From: Eledone cirrhosa
Taxonomy: Eukaryota
Assembly (NCBI GenBank): GCA_964016885.1
Contig: OZ024740.1
Location: forward strand, 162,812,001 to 162,876,000
Length of the DNA stretch: 64,000 nt
Direction: 5' to 3'
In this document: in pieces, positions 1 through 14,551 of the stretch
Numbering within the stretch: position 1 is the stretch's first letter
How the letters are laid out: every line of letters starts with the position of its first letter
Translations under genes and position numbers: made by a program
Notes under the pieces: model-generated
Seen by the model: the letters and a program-made list of their open reading frames with translations, nothing else
Databases searched by the model: none
What the model was told of the DNA's origin: nothing

Positions 1-609
1 ATTGATTGTATGACCGATTTCTGACTAAATAACATGAAACTGGAGCGGGGGAGGGGGGGGGGGGGGTCCTAAGGTCATTTGACGCGGAAAATACCTTCTA
101 TTAATCTTTAACAACATTTATGTACTTATCCTATTCTTTCTTTTGTTTTAGAATATTTTCCTAAGTTATGGAGTTAAGCATTTAGAAAATTTAGATAAAA
201 AAATGATAAAACCAAGATCAAAATTGTTGATATAAAATATACACAGATATTTTGTTAAATATTTGGAAATGATTTTAGATGCTGTAGTAATAGTGTGTGC
301 TTGATATTAATTTATTATATTCTCCACCTCCCACCCCAGAATGTGTGGCATCCTGCCAATGTTATATAAATACATATCTGACATGTAATGAATTTCTTTT
401 CCAAATCTGTTATGTTTTGATTACAAATTAAATGCAATTATGTAAACATTGAGAAAAACTGAAGGAACCTCTATGTAGTCACTTGACCTGATGGACACAG
501 CAGCCAATTCTCGCTCAAATTACACTTTGCTGTCATAGAGCTGGGTGTTCTAATCATTCTCAATGAAATAAATAACAGTCCAGGACAGTAGGTTGCTCAA
601 ATACATTGT

Positions 610-880
610 GACAGTGTCAGACGAGATGCCTTGCAGTATTTGTTCTGGCTCTTTGTGTCTGAGTTCAAAATCCCTCTGTGGCCTACTTGTGCGGTAGACT
701 TAATCCATTGACTTGTTTAACACCATTACCTTGTCCTTGGGGGGCCTTTAAAGGAACTCATTGTTGCAAGCTGCTGAACCAGGTCTCTGATTTGAGGATA
801 CTTTATCCCTCCTCCCACCAATCTCAGAGGCCCTGAAAAGGATTATAGACTTCTTTGACTAAATAGTAAAAAAAAAAAAG
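610..880 (+). mobile_element. Older tRNA-derived SINE-like repeat with A-rich tail (related copies about 21250-21550 and 24535-24930)
   Basis: Shared segment gagttcaaa..ccc..tgtggccta..ggtagacttaatccattg..gtttaacacca..gttgcaa..caggtc, ending in an A-run. Confidence 0.5.
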
Positions 881-3279
881 AATAGTCCAAGGTGTACTAT
901 GGTTACAGTTAATCATGTCTACTCAATTAGGGCTAAATAATAAGTTTTTATTTTTTAGCCAAATTTTCAAAACTATTTCTTGGTCTATTTCTACTGTATA
1001 TTCCCCTCCATTGTTTAGATTCTGTATATGCATAACAATGTAGCCATCTCTCTAGTGGTCAGTCACTTTCTCAACTCACTTTTTCATAAGGTAGCATTGT
1101 TATGGCTCACACCAGCCTAGGTTTAGCTGGCCTTTCATGAGGTTGCTGCATCTTATAGGTTTCTTGGGTGTTTAAATGATAGGAACACTAGCCTCATTAC
1201 ATTAGCATTAGAAATTGATCACTTAATTAAGATAGAGGAAAATTCACAATGAATCATGTCTGCCAGCTAAATGAACCACAGTGGTATTTGAACTCAGAAT
1301 GTTAAGAGCCAGAATAAATACAGCAAGGCATCCCATCTGTTCTAACAATCCTGCCATTCCATCACCCTAGATTGGTACTTTATTTATCATTTCAAAAAAG
1401 GATGAAAGGCAAAATTGGCTTCATCAAGGTTTGAACTAATAATGCAGTGTGCCTAAATAGACACTACAAAGCATTTTGATTGATGCTCTAATGATTCTAC
1501 TAATTTTTTACCAATTTTATCTATATGGAAGTATGTTTAGTCTGTGTTTCAGGTTTTCAAAGTTCTTAAATTATATAAACTTTATACATTTGACCTCTTT
1601 ATAAAAACTTAAATTATGCATTTTGTTATTTCCTATTAGATAACTAGTGAGGGTGCAGAGTGGCAGAATCAGTAGCGTACTGATGGATAAAATTCCTTGC
1701 AGTATTTGGCTATATCTCTTTATATCTGAGTTCAAATCTCACTAGAAACAATGTTGTCTTTCATTTTTCTTGGGTAGATAAAATAAGCATTTCTTAATAG
1801 AAATTTCTTCGATATAATTATGATGAAATATTTTAATATAAGTAGGTATGAATAATTTAAAATGAGTAGTTGGGTATCATAACACCATAGTTGTTCAGGC
1901 CAATTGGTATTAAAAGGGATAAAAGTAAATATTGTTAGTGCACAGTTCTATCACTCTACCACCTTAGCCACCCACTCTCCCTTGTTAAATACTATAATAT
2001 AGAAGAATATTAAATCCTTTGAATTTCTCTGAATGAGTCATTTTTATTCTTTCTGGGAACTGTTAAACATTGTTAATCTTTAAAAGGTACTACTTGAAAG
2101 CTGTTTTACAGTTCAACAATCTGTTGACCTTCACTTGTTCAGCTTTTAAGTAGACTAAGGATTAATTTTTGCTTTTGACACATTTTATAATTGTTAAAAC
2201 CTGAGAAATTGTCTTTAGCTTCTTTGCTTTTACCTTTCCTTACTTTTAAAAAATCCATTTAATATATACATATATATATATATCATCATATCATCATCGT
2301 TTAATGTCTGTCTTCCATGCTAGCATGGGTTGGACAGGCTGTCCCTTTGTGAGAGATCAGGTCGGGGAACCATGATTCGCTCACACACACACAACTGATT
2401 TTGGTTTGGTTTCTATGGCTGGATGCCCTTCCTAACGCCAACCACATTTACACACACACATATATATATATATAACATTCATACATACATGAACACATGC
2501 ATATACATATTGCTTATCCAGGACATAAATGTAGCTGCTGCCCAAGTGGTGTCAATGTGAAGACTTTGAGACAAGCTCTCACACAAATACATACATATGT
2601 AGCAAGTGAATAATTTAGGTGTTGTGGTAGGTGATTCGATTGTGTGTTCACTTGTTGATTGCTCTGTGATGTGGTCACCGTTTCATAGAATGTAGGCAAA
2701 GGAAGACTGATGTGCCTGTGTGACCAGAGATTGCGAATGTGCAAGTGAGTAACTGTTCATTATGATGATGATGATGATGTGATGATTCTTTGAGTAAGTG
2801 ATTTACTCTGATCACATAGGAAATGAAATATGTAAGCCAAAATTGCTACTTTAATAATTATATTACATAATAGGTTATTGTGATAATAAAGGAAACCAAA
2901 GATATTCACAGTTGAAAGAAAATAAGGATATTCACAATAGCATTGTAGGTTGTGTATGTGCATAATCCATAAGGATCTAACCTTTGTTGCAGTAGAGCAG
3001 AAGTGTGGCTGCCTCAGCGCTCTGGTCAAGAGCCAAAGTGAGTATCTGATTGATGTTAATATTGCTCTCTTTACTGGAACAAACTGATGTGTTGTGGCTA
3101 CTTCGACTGCCGAATGAATTTGATGAAGCCCAGCTATCTCCCAATTATTTTGGATGAATTCCAGTTGGAACATCTATGTGGCTGAAAAGGTCAGCATGTG
3201 TGGTCACACTGACCTATTTAGCCAACCTGAGAACAAAAGTTTAAATTACTGCTACACATATATGTGTAAGTAAAGGAGC

Positions 3280-4127
3280 TATTTAAGTGTGGGCTATTAT
3301 AAAAAAAATCACATAAATTTTATATCATGACCAAACCAAATGAAATGTTTACACAATAAGGGTATACATCAGGATTTTTTTAAATACAAATCTTTTATTA
3401 ATTTCAGCCAGATAGAGAAGTAGTTATGAACCTTAATGTAATTGTTACCATTTTAAACTAAAATATTTAGCCTCTCTCTGGTATATGTTTCTTCAATACC
3501 TGTTTTGTTGAATGTCGACTGTAATTTCATTGAAAGCTGCTTGAATTTTTGGTTTTCATGTATCAATACTAGTTTTACACAAACTTTGTATTTGATAAAT
3601 CCCCGAAGAAAAATATTGCAGGGAGTGGGGGTGAGATCAGCTATTATAGAGGCCATGGCATATCAGAAGATCTGTATAGTATTTCATTAAGCCATGCTTG
3701 TACATTGGTCCTCCAATAAGGAAAAGTGACTCCTTGCATTGAAAGGAGTAGTCTTCTTAATCATCTATCTATATACTACTAAAACTCTGTGATTTGTGTA
3801 ATTTAAAACAGCCAAAACGGTACATAATGGGAAATTAATTTGAAAGGAAGTTGCCCCTGAAATGGGAATACAAAGGGAATAAAATAAGTTTCACGTAAAT
3901 CGGAGCAAGGGTTCCCAAGATATGGGTTTTTTCTGGATACCTTCATAAATAGAGAGAGAAAGAAATAGTGGTTGTGAGAGAGTAGATTGAAAGAGAAACC
4001 TAGAGAGAGAGAGAAAGGAGGAGACAGAGTAGGAAAATGGAAGATAGAGTGAGCTGATGGTGTTGTTGAATGAAATTTAACAAGTGACTTGTGTGTCTTT
4101 GACCAGTGTATATAGGTCACAGACGCC

Positions 4128-4175
<48 letters not shown>

Positions 4176-4700
4176 TATATATATATGTATACACACACAC
4201 ACACATATATATATGGGCCTTTCAATTTCGTTTTACATTATATACATGTCTGTGTATATTTTTATTATTTAAACATTATTTTTAAGTGAACGTGACCCAA
4301 TGGGTCACGAGTGGTCTAGCTACCTACAACATCTGACTAGAACTTATGCAACATTGTAAAATGCCTTTCACTTATGACACTTTTGTCTAAAAAATAAAGG
4401 CAAACAATGCTAATTTCTCTGATTGTTGTACATACAGTAATTCTTGGAAAGTGAATGCTATCTTCTTTTCCTCAGTTTGGATTATGTCGAGGCCAATAAC
4501 AATGGTTATGACAATTGATGGTGCCGTCTAAATGAAAATTAGCCTTATCAGACCACAGCAATAATTCCAAATGCATAAGATCTGCATCAATTCACAAAAT
4601 TTTATCAAAAGTGAATTTCAAACGGTTAGCTTTATCTTTGTCATAAAATTATTGTACAATTTAAATTTTGTAGGGATACCATTTTAACTCTTGTAGGACG
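3280..4700 (-). mobile_element. Degraded Tc1/mariner transposase relic, interrupted by a Helitron
   Basis: Minus-strand peptide 'DLTPTPCNIFLRGFIKYKV' resembles the mariner-family motif SPDLTPCDFFLWGYxK. Boundaries approximate. Confidence 0.55.
3768..4319 (+). mobile_element. Non-autonomous Helitron
   Basis: 5' A|TCTATATACTACTAAAAC. 3' hairpin CGTGACCCA-A-TGGGTCACG (4291-4309), then CTAG at 4316-4319. Internal microsatellites. Confidence 0.7.
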
Positions 4701-5289
4701 TGTTAAATTGTTGTTCTACTAATTGTCATCACTATTGTGGAATACCTTCTTATGTTATGAGAATTGTTATCTAAATGGTTCACAAGTGTTACATTATCTT
4801 TCTTGTTATTTCAACATTGTAAACACTACCTGTCTCCATCAACTGTCTATGCAGCTTATAATTACTGTCTAGACTTGTCTTGGACTGGACTGATAGTGCT
4901 TTTACTCCACTCATACCAACAAGTGCATTTTACTTTTTCTCTAAGAGAATAATCAATAGAAGGTTTTGGGGAAAAATTATGCAAAAATAAGAAATAAGTT
5001 TGTGAAAAATATACTTTAGTTGGTTGTGTTGGTGACATGATAAAACATGTCCAGTCTACACTGTAAAGGGTGCTAGGATAAAACAAGTGCTTTGGTGCTA
5101 GGATAAAACAAGCACCCAGTTTATGCTCTAAGTATGGTTGGCATTAGGAAGGGCATCTAGCTGTAGAAACCAAACCAGGAATATTTCTGTATGAGCAAGA
5201 TACAGTCGTCTGATCTAACTTTTCATGCAACAAGACAACTCGTCTAACCCATGTTATCATGGAAAAATGGATGTTAAACAATGATAATG

Positions 5290-5335
<46 letters not shown>

Positions 5336-5499
5336 ACAGCCTTTTTGCACAGTTTCTGTTTACTAAATTTCATCAACAAAGGCATTGGTTGGCCTTGAAG
5401 TTTAATGGAAGAGACTTGCCCAAAATGCCATGCAGTGAGATTGAACCTGAAACCACGTGATTCTGAAGCAAATTTCTTTACCACACAGCCATGCTTACA

Positions 5500-5538
<39 letters not shown>

Positions 5539-5977
5539 TAAGTATTCGTACTTCAACACCTATGCAACACTTCATGTAACTTAAATACAATTGGTAGTAA
5601 TTTATTACTTCTCTAATGAAGAGAACTCTGCCTATAAATGTCAATTCTCTTCTCTTCCTAACAGTAAACTCACAATGCAAAGTGGAATTATTTATTTTGC
5701 TGTTATGTGTCAGGCATGACTCTTGATTGGAGAGATGAAATGGCTTGTCCAAAACATAAGACTTTTCCTATTCTTAACAACAATATAATTTTTTTTTATT
5801 GTGGAGATTTTGTTCTCACTATTTATTGACAAAGACCCTATGGATATTGAGAGGGCCTTCCCACTCCAGGTCCCCAAAACAATATCTTTGATGCCCTGCA
5901 AGCTACCATCATTAGTTTCCTTAGATTTTATTATTTCACTGCAATTTATCTATCCTCATCTGTTTGCTTTCTTTCAG

Positions 5978-6084
5978 ACTCATTTGTTGCAATGGATGGA
6001 AATAACTGTATCAGAGCCAGAAAAAAGGACTATACCGTCCATGAAAATGCAGGATACATATATTGTGTATCTTGTTGAAACAAG
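5978..6084 (+). CDS. SNX4: SNX4 coding exon (first visible; start of PX domain) THLLQWMEITVSEPEKRTIPSMKMQDTYIVYLVET(R)
   Basis: Acceptor ctttcag|, donor |gtatgt. Resembles recalled vertebrate SNX4 'IEISVSEAEKRT..MQETYTAYLIETR'. Ends phase 2, matching the next exon. Confidence 0.9.
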
Positions 6085-6117
6085 GTATGTATCATTCCTA
6101 TTTTACCTGGAACTATG

Positions 6118-9100
6118 TCATCATCATCATCATCATCATCACCGTTTTACGTCGGTTCTTCCACACTAGCATGGGTTAGACGGATTGTCCTGTTGTGGGC
6201 AGTGTCTGGTCGGCTGACCATGCCTTGCTCATACAGGAACTGATTTGGCTTGATTTCTACAGCTGGATGCCCTTCCTAACACCAACCTCATTTACAGTGA
6301 GTGCTGGGTGCTTTTTCGTGGTGCCTACACGTCCACTTTACAGTGTGGGCTGGGTGCTTTTTTGCAGTGGTAGGGTGTGGGGGCATATTGTCTATATGCT
6401 TCAGCTTGTACCCATGGGAGGTCGGGTACTCTGTATTACTGCGTGATGCCAGAGGTCACGGTCGTGTGTCATCACCTTTGAGAGGTGTAATCGGGTAAGG
6501 TCGGCTTTTATCACCTCATCCCAGGTCATCTTGGGTCTCCCCACTCCGCGGTTTCCATCGACTTCTAGTGCTCTGCACCTCTTTATGCAGCTGTCATCCT
6601 TCACACACATCACATGTCCATACCAACGCAACCGCCTCTCCTGCACACAGCATTTGATTCCTCTTATGCTCAGTCTCTCTGTCAATTCATTTATGCTTTG
6701 TCGTTCGCATATATTACTATTACACATCCATCGGAGCATGCAGGCTTCGTTTCTCTCTAATCTATGTAAGTCTTCGACCTTCAGCGCCCAGGTCTTACTA
6801 CCATGTAACATTGTTGTTCGTATACACGCATCATACAGTCTGCCTTTCATTTTGAGGGCGAAGCCTTTTGCAGCTAGCAGTGGTAGTAGTTCCCTAAACT
6901 TCTTCCATCCCGTTCTTACCCTAGTTATTGTACTTTCTGAACGCCCACCTCTGCTGCTAATTCGGTCACCTAGGTAGCAGAAGCTGTCTACTGTCTCTAC
7001 AGAGCCCTCCCAGAGATTGGTGGTACTTGTTTCCTGTGGCTGTTTTCTGCTTGCTGTCCCAGCACAGCTGCAGCATGTGAAGCCTACATTCTTAATTAAG
7101 CTTCCTGAGATCCCGCTACATCTCTTGTGTACCCATTGTTTGCATTTGGGGCAGAGAATGGAGTTCCTACCTACACCTTTCCTACATACTGAGCAAGGCC
7201 ATTTCCCTGAGGGGATCTGGGTTCTGTTTTCTCGTCTACTTACAAGGACCTTAGTCTTTGTCATGTTGACCTTGAGACCCTTTCTTTCTAGTCTCTGCTT
7301 CCAAGTTTGGAATTTCTTCTCTAGTTCTACCATAGATTCAGCTATAAGTGCGAGGTCATCAGCATATAGGAGTTCCCATGGGCATCCGGTCTTAAACTCC
7401 TTCGTTATTGCCTGCAGGACTATGATGAACAGGAGAGGGCTAACAACAGAGCCCTGGTGGACCCCAGCCTGTACGCTAAATTCCTCGCTATACTCATTGC
7501 TAATCCTAACTTTGCTGACTGCTCCCCTATACATGGCTTGTACAGCTTTCACAAGCCATTCATCTACTCCTAGTTTTCTAAGAGTCCACCAGATTACAGC
7601 ACGTGGAACTCTGTCAAAGGCTTTCTCGAGATCGACGAATGCCAGGTAGAGTGGCTTACTTTTAGCTAGGTACTTTTCCTATAACTGCCTCACAAGGAAG
7701 AGGGCATCAGTGGTGCCTCTTCCTGGTACAAACCCAAATTGCATCTCATCTAGTTTCACCCGGTCCCTAATCACCTGTGCTATAACTCTTTCTGTTACTT
7801 TCATGACCTGGTCTATCAGCTTTATACCTCTATAGTTTCCTCTATCGAGTGCATCACCTTTACCTTTGTAGCAGTTGACAATGATGCTACTGCACCAATC
7901 TTTTGGTATGACACCTAGTATTACCTGGTTAACAACACGTGTGGTTATAGTGTGACCTACAGACCCAGATGCCTTCACCATCTCGGCAGCTATACCCGAT
8001 GGACCGGTTGCCTTCCCCATCTTCATATCTTTGATTGCCTTACTTACTATGCTGCTGCTGACTTGTACTGCTGGCCCCTCTATAGGGTCTACTTGGGGTA
8101 GGGTCTCTTCTTCCCATGCATTCTCCTCATTTAGTAATCTATCATAATGACTCTTCCATGCATCTTTCTTCTCAGCACTTGTGAGGGCAAGCTCACCTTT
8201 ATCATTCCGGATACACTTCTCTCCAATGACATCACAATTCTCTCTGACACACTGCCTCGCAATCTTGAACACCTCCTGTTTCTGGTCCTCACGTTGCAAA
8301 ACATGCTTGAATTTTCTATCCTCTGCTTCCCTCCTAGCTAAGTATACTTGTCGCCTAGCTTCCCTCTTGGTCTCTATGTAATGTACCCTGCTCCCCCCAT
8401 TCTTCCATTCTTTCCATGCCTGTCTCTTGGCCTTAACTGCCTCATCTACCTTATTGTTCCACCACCAAGTCACTCTCCTCCTGCTTGTGGTCTTACTCCA
8501 GCCACAGACCTCATCCGTCGCCTCTAGTAAGTTATTTTTTAGGAACTCCTAGTGCTCTTCTACATTGAATGTCTCTATCTGTTCTTCTTTACTGTTGTAA
8601 GCGTTGAGTAAAATATCTTTAAATCTGTTACTGGCTGAGGGGTCTTTCAGCTTCCAGATCTTTCTTGTCCAGGTTGGCCTCTGTTTCCAGGTTCGTCTAG
8701 TTCTGACTGTGAGGTCACTGACAACTAAGCTATGTTGGGAGGTACATTCCTCACTAGGGAAGGCTTTTGTGTTTACGACCGTCCATCTGTCACGTCCTCT
8801 GATGAGGATAAAATCTATCTGACTAGAATGCTCCCCTGATCTATAGGCGATCAGGTGGTTGTCGGGTTTTTTGAAGTTTGTGTTACATATCGACATGTCA
8901 TTGGCGTCGCAGAATTCTAGAAGTCTGAATCCTTCTTCATTTCTTGTGCCAACCCCATGGCCTCCATGAACTCTATTGAAGCCATCACAGTGTTTATCTA
9001 CGTGTCCGTTAAAATCTCCTGCGATGATTAGGAAGTCCTTGTCGTCTGTTAGAGCAGTAGTGTGCATTAGGGACTCGTAAAACCTATCCTTAAGTTTGTC

Positions 9101-9850
9101 TGGCAACCCCGATTGGGGTGCGTAAGCTGATATTATTGTGGTAATTGTTTTATTCAGGACTAGTCTGAGTTTAATGATTCTTGCATTTACCCTGTACACT
9201 AAGATTACTTTATCTACCCACTTGTCAGCTAGTAGTATACCTACACCACCCATCCCATCGTCATTTCCCACCCAGAAAAATTTGTAGCACCGACTTTTTC
9301 CTACAAGGACTCTAACAGACTCTCCTCTCCATCTAGTCTCTTGCACACAGCATACATCAACTTCCTTTCGCTCTAGCATTTCTACGATTTCTCCTGCTCT
9401 TCCTTTCATTGTGCTTACATTGATGGTACCAACTCGGAGTTTTGGGCATTTGTCGACACTCGTAGAGAAGGGTCGATTTTTGCAGGGGTGTGTGTGTGCT
9501 TCCTCTCTCTGGATTGGCACTTCACATGGGTGCTTGGTAGCTCGAGGATTTATATTCATTTCATCTATTAATTCAGAGTTGCTCCAATTTATTCTCAGCT
9601 CAACCATCCATAACGGTAGGAAAATTCAGGGCTAGAAGAACAGTGGTGGTGGTGGTGGTAATAATGGCAGGGTGTGTTGGGCTGGGACGGTGGAGGAGAG
9701 AGTTAGGTAGTAGTAGTAGTAGTAGTAGTAGTAGAAGAAATGGCATGCTGAGGTTTGATTGGTCGAATAGGCTATGGTGGTGGGAGGGAAATTGTGAGGT
9801 AGAGAGAGGGTCGCCGTCAAGGCTAACAAACTACAGCATGGCAAAGTAGC
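6118..9850 (-). mobile_element. Near full-length RTE-clade LINE (APE endonuclease + RT + PHD-like finger), antisense in an SNX4 intron
   Basis: One reading frame 9607->6401 broken only by two in-frame TAG stops (8549, 7679). APE motifs VQETRW, SAYAPQ, GDFNGH, QIDFIL. RT motifs QFGF, GVHQGS, LYADD. (GAT)n tail. 5' limit approximate. Confidence 0.93.
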
Positions 9851-10328
9851 CGATAGAATACAGCAACAATAATATTAATAATAGCCAGTCATGGCCTGTA
9901 GCCTTTGATGGAAAAATAGACAGAGACAGAGTCAGCATGGTAGGGGAAAATTAGGATAACAAAATAAATGTGTTGTGGTAGCTGAAATACCTGACAAGAT
10001 TTGTATGGATGGATGACTGGAACGTAGCTAAATCAACTCTAGTGTTCATTTTAGCCTTTCAGAGTAGAGTGTCTCTTATCTGTATAATTCAAAATGATGC
10101 TGATGTTGTAAGATGAAAAAATCTACAATCCAAAGCTGTTTATTTTCAATTGTTTATATTATCTAAAAACATTTCATCATAATCCTATATAAAAAAAAAC
10201 CTTTGAGCTGTGCTCCAAACACCAGCTTAATGAAAAAGTTAATTATATTACTAAATCTCTCCATTTTCTTCGTTATTTTCAAAATTATTTGAAAATCCTT
10301 GACTGTCTTTCATTAGAAATATAATAAC

Positions 10329-10515
10329 TGTTTCTACTTTAGGCACAAGGCCAGCAATTACCCAGTGCATTACTGGTACTTTATTTTTATCGACCCCGTA
10401 AGGATGAAAGGCAAAGTCAACCTCGGCGGGATTTGAACTCAGATCGTAAAGAGACGTAACTATGCAGGAAAGCATGGCGTCCGACCCTCTACCGATACTG
10501 CCAATCAACCGCCCT
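10329..10515 (-). mobile_element. tRNA-derived SINE, family B (core ctttgcctttcatccttacggggtcgataaaataaagtaccag)
   Basis: A-box-like ggattggcagtatcggtagag, B-box gagttcaaatccc, (ATT) tail. TSD atataataac at 10319-10328 and 10516-10525. Confidence 0.85.
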
Positions 10516-11332
10516 ATATAATAACAAAAGCCTTTAAGAATAATTTTGTTTACTCCTTGGGAGATTGAGGTGATAGACTATTGATTTCATGATTACAAGT
10601 TCAATACCAGCTGCAACCTAGCTTTCTTCAGTCTTTCTAGCTGTATAGTATGATTGTAGAAATATATACATATATTTTATAATATCAAACTCCACTTTTA
10701 ACAAGTAGATACAATATTAATCGATGAAATTTGTGATGGCTACATTGACATTCTTTTATGATTCATGCTGTAAAAAATGTGTTATCACTCTATGACCTAT
10801 AGTAAAATAACTATATATAAAAAGTATTTGCCACATCAGTGTAGGAAGTCCTTACTGAAATACATTTTGAATAGTTTGAAATGGGGCCTACCTTTCACAT
10901 CTAGCCTAGGCATATTACCAGTTAGGCATGTGTTTGATAATAAGTCTAAATCAAGAGCAAATTTGTGGTAGACTAGCATGCTTATCGAAATAAGGAAATC
11001 TCTCTCTTAACTATTTAAATCTTAAAAAGCTTGAATTAGTTCCAGTATGTCTTGCATATTATATCCATTATGCAGGTAACAACATAAATCTCTGTTGAAA
11101 GGTATTACTGAAATTAGGCTCAATCAACAGCTCCAACTGTAGTATACTAGATTCAGCCTCAGCATCATCAATACTTCATACATTTTTTATCATTGATTAA
11201 ATCACAAAACAGTAAGGAAAATAAATAAAAAGAATGCTATGCAAAATATCTTTTTTTTTTGTTTGTTTGTTTTCTGTTTGTGTGCATTTCATTTTGGATT
11301 ATTGAATTGGTTTATATTCTTGAACTTTGCAG

Positions 11333-11471
11333 AGTTACTGACCCTGAAATGAAAGGTTTTGGTGATGGAGCTACTTCTGTCTGGAGACGCTACAGTGAAT
11401 TTGAAATAATCAGGAATTATTTGGAAGCAATTTACCCTCAAGTTGTTGTACCACCTCTACCAGAGAAAAAG
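11333..11471 (+). CDS. SNX4: SNX4 exon, PX domain (VTDPEMKGFGDGATSVWRRYSEFEIIRNYLEAIYPQVVVPPLPEKK)
   Basis: ttgcag| ... |gtttct. Contains the PX signatures RRYSEF and PPLPEK. 139 nt = 1 + 46 codons. Confidence 0.95.
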
Positions 11472-12613
11472 GTTTCTTGTTTAGATATTATTGCTCTTGA
11501 TAAATTCTGCAATGTGAATTCCTTATAAATATGTTGTTGTTTGGCCCCTGGTCAACCCTAATTGAGCAGACCTAAAATCAAAAACATTCCAGCATGAACA
11601 TTCTTCATGACTAGATTATCCAATGTGTATTTCATTATTTTTATATAGATCTTTCATCAGTCTTGGAAATGGGCATTCAGTTATTTGATTAACTGAACAT
11701 CCTACTCTTTGAATTAGCATGCAAGTGGCTGAGTATTCCACAGACTCATGCACCCTTAATATAATTTATTTGGATAAATTAGCATGCCATATTATGAGAC
11801 AAAGCTGGACTTTTGAATTACAGGTACAATCCATCCAATGGGCTTTTACATAGTTCCTGTTTATTCAATTTCACTCACATGGCTTAGTAATGATTTAAAG
11901 ATTTGGTGGCTATTTCTAACAAATTAAGCAACTGTCATCCCTTATAAATAATATAGTGTAGTGGTAAGTCCATAATATATATTATAATTTCAAATTCTTG
12001 TTAAATATAAATGTTATGAATACTCATTAAGCAAGATGTGGGTTCCTGGTCTGCCTGCCTGGGAGGTCAGTAGACCCTAACACTTGCTAGCTGGGAAAGC
12101 AGACGTTAAATGATAATGCTGCTGCTGATGATGATAACTGTCAAGTGCCCAAAAATATTACTGATATAGGCTACAACTGTGGATGGAGGCATGGCTATGT
12201 GCTTAAGTTCAATTTTTGATCATGAGGTCACGGGTTCAATCCTTCTGCGTGCCGATTGTCTTTGCCATAGCATCTGGTCAACCCAAGCCTTGTGAACAAA
12301 ACGAAAATGTCTAGAAGCCCTTCAGATGGATTGTCCCTGTAATTCAAAGATCCAGCCTTGTCACATGTTGTGTCATGTTCATTCTGCCATTTACTTGTTA
12401 ATTTAGTGAATCAGACAATGAACAAATAAATGGTGATCATCAAAACCTATGGAACATCCATCAGATTACAGTTAAATATTGAACAACATGTCTGGAGATT
12501 GTGTCTAGTTGTTCAGCTGAACAACTGTTTGCACTAGGACTGCTTGAGCAGAGTTTACCTGGTGATATATTGTAACAGAAACAACTAAATATTACCACAT
12601 GAGATTTTGTTAA

Positions 12614-12821
12614 CCCTTTAGCATTTAAACCAGCCATATCTTGCAAGAATTCTCTCACCTCTTTGTGTTCAAACCAGTTATAACTGGATGATCCTACTGA
12701 TATTAAGGTATTGTTCTCAAAATGAATAATATCAAAATCTCGTAGATTCGATATTATGTGAGATAAAGCCTTTATCGTGAAAATACAACAGTAAATATAG
12801 AGCAATATAAATACTAAAGGG
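12614..12821. mobile_element. TTAA-target (piggyBac-like) MITE
   Basis: TTAA|CCCTTTAGCATTTA ... TAAATACTAAAGGG|TTAA. Related copies at 23685-23912 (inverted) and 40785-40992. Confidence 0.8.
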
Positions 12822-14300
12822 TTAAATGTTTTTAGTAATGAATTCAAGTTAATAAATAGATTATTGTTAATGGTTATGGTTATGAATGGTTGTGGATCTC
12901 TGCTAAATGCTCGTTTTAGATTCTTTGTAAATATAATATCTGCTAAAGATTAATTATCAATCTCTTCTAAATTTACTCTATATTGGCCCCTACTAATTAT
13001 TAGTTACAAATATGTTACAAATATTATAGTTTTTTTATCCCGACATGGATTGGATTGGACTTATTCACTTATTTTACATCTGATTATCCTTCGTATGTTT
13101 TCATTTTATTCACATACATTCTTGCTGTCAGGGGACTGTCATGTCTACTGGGTGTGTTTTATTGTGGCAGTATTATTGTTATATAAATCCATACTAAATA
13201 TTACCCTTATAAACCCATGCTAAACATGATACTTATGCTAACATAATAGTTATAAATCTCAGTTAAACAATGGTGAGGGAAAAGTAATTAATCTGTGTTG
13301 GCCATATTTCATATGAAAAAGCTCATTATGCTTTCTTATAATCATTAATGACTACTCATGACAACCACAGTGGCGGCACATGGCCTAGTGGTAAGGGGGT
13401 GTAGATCATAATATTGTGGGTTTGATTCCTGGGCTGGGTTGCATGTTGTGTTCTTGAGCAAAACACTTCATTTCATGTTGCTCCAGTATACTCAGCTGAG
13501 AATAAGTACCAGCAATAGCTGAAGGTTTAACTCCTGCTAAATTTTGCTGTTATAGATCCATGTTTAATATTGTTATGATTATACCAAGGTAGGGCAGGGG
13601 TTTGACTGTAATGTTAGGGCATCAGACAAAATGCTTTGCGACATGTAGTTACCGTCTTTTACGTTCTGAGTTCAAATCCCATCTAGGTCAATTTTACCTT
13701 CCATCTGTCTAGGGTTGGTAAAATAAAGTACTAGGGTCAATATAGTCAACTTTCCCCTCCCCACATATTGCTGGCCTTGTGTCTAAATTAGAAATCATTT
13801 TTAAACCACAGTCTTTAGCAACTCTGTGCCTTTCTTTCAACTTTATTTCAACTGTTCTATGTTAAGTGTTCTCTAACCATCCAGGCTTTTGCTTTCCCAG
13901 TGGTATCCATCCTAATGTTACCTTTCATTTCCTACCCTGGTCCATTCTAAGTGTGTGACCTAGCTACCTGAGTGGCTGGTATTTTATTTCAAGGGTCATG
14001 CTATGGCAACCAGTTTTACAGCACAACTGTTTCGGCCCTTTGTTGGTTCAGATAATGTAGCAGATTTTCTTCGGGCAGCTCTTGTGGAAAGCATTGGACT
14101 TATTCATGTCACCTTTTACCACTTGCATAAATCTCTGATAAATATTAGTTGACATTTCATGCTAAATATTATATTTAGATATCCTTGCTAAATATTACTT
14201 CTATAAAACCATGCTAAATATTACAAGTATTGACATCTGTTAAATACTATATTTTGGTATCTCATTTGAACATTACTACAACTTTTCTATTTCATTTTAG

Positions 14301-14378
14301 GCAACTTTTCTGTGGCAGAATGCACCTTCAGACAAATTTAACTTGGACTTCATTGAAAGGAGAAGAGCAGCACTAGAG
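14301..14378 (+). CDS. SNX4: SNX4 exon (ATFLWQNAPSDKFNLDFIERRRAALE)
   Basis: ttttag| ... |gtaaga. 78 nt, phase 0. Contains the PX motif FIERRR..LE. Confidence 0.95.
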
Positions 14379-14551
14379 GTAAGAAGATTTGTGTCCTATG
14401 ATATTTTCTTTAAGGAATTGCTTCTATTTCAGCTGTTCCATTTAGATCCAACAATAATGGTGAGGAAAAAGTAATTAATCTGTGTTGGCCATATTTCATA
14501 TGAAAAAGCTCATCATTCTTTCTTATCATTAATGACTACTCATGACAACCA

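Noticed and set aside
2993-3037. Candidate upstream SNX4 micro-exon (ttgcag|tag| ... |gtgagt)
   Set aside because: The phase-0 frame starts with a stop unless the second AG is used. The peptide SRSVAASALWSRAK has no recognisable SNX4 similarity, so it needs RNA evidence.
6531-9635. Plus-strand ORFs overlapping the RTE (and similar antisense ORFs at 29-31 and 48-49 kb)
   Set aside because: They are antisense shadows of the RT/APE frame.
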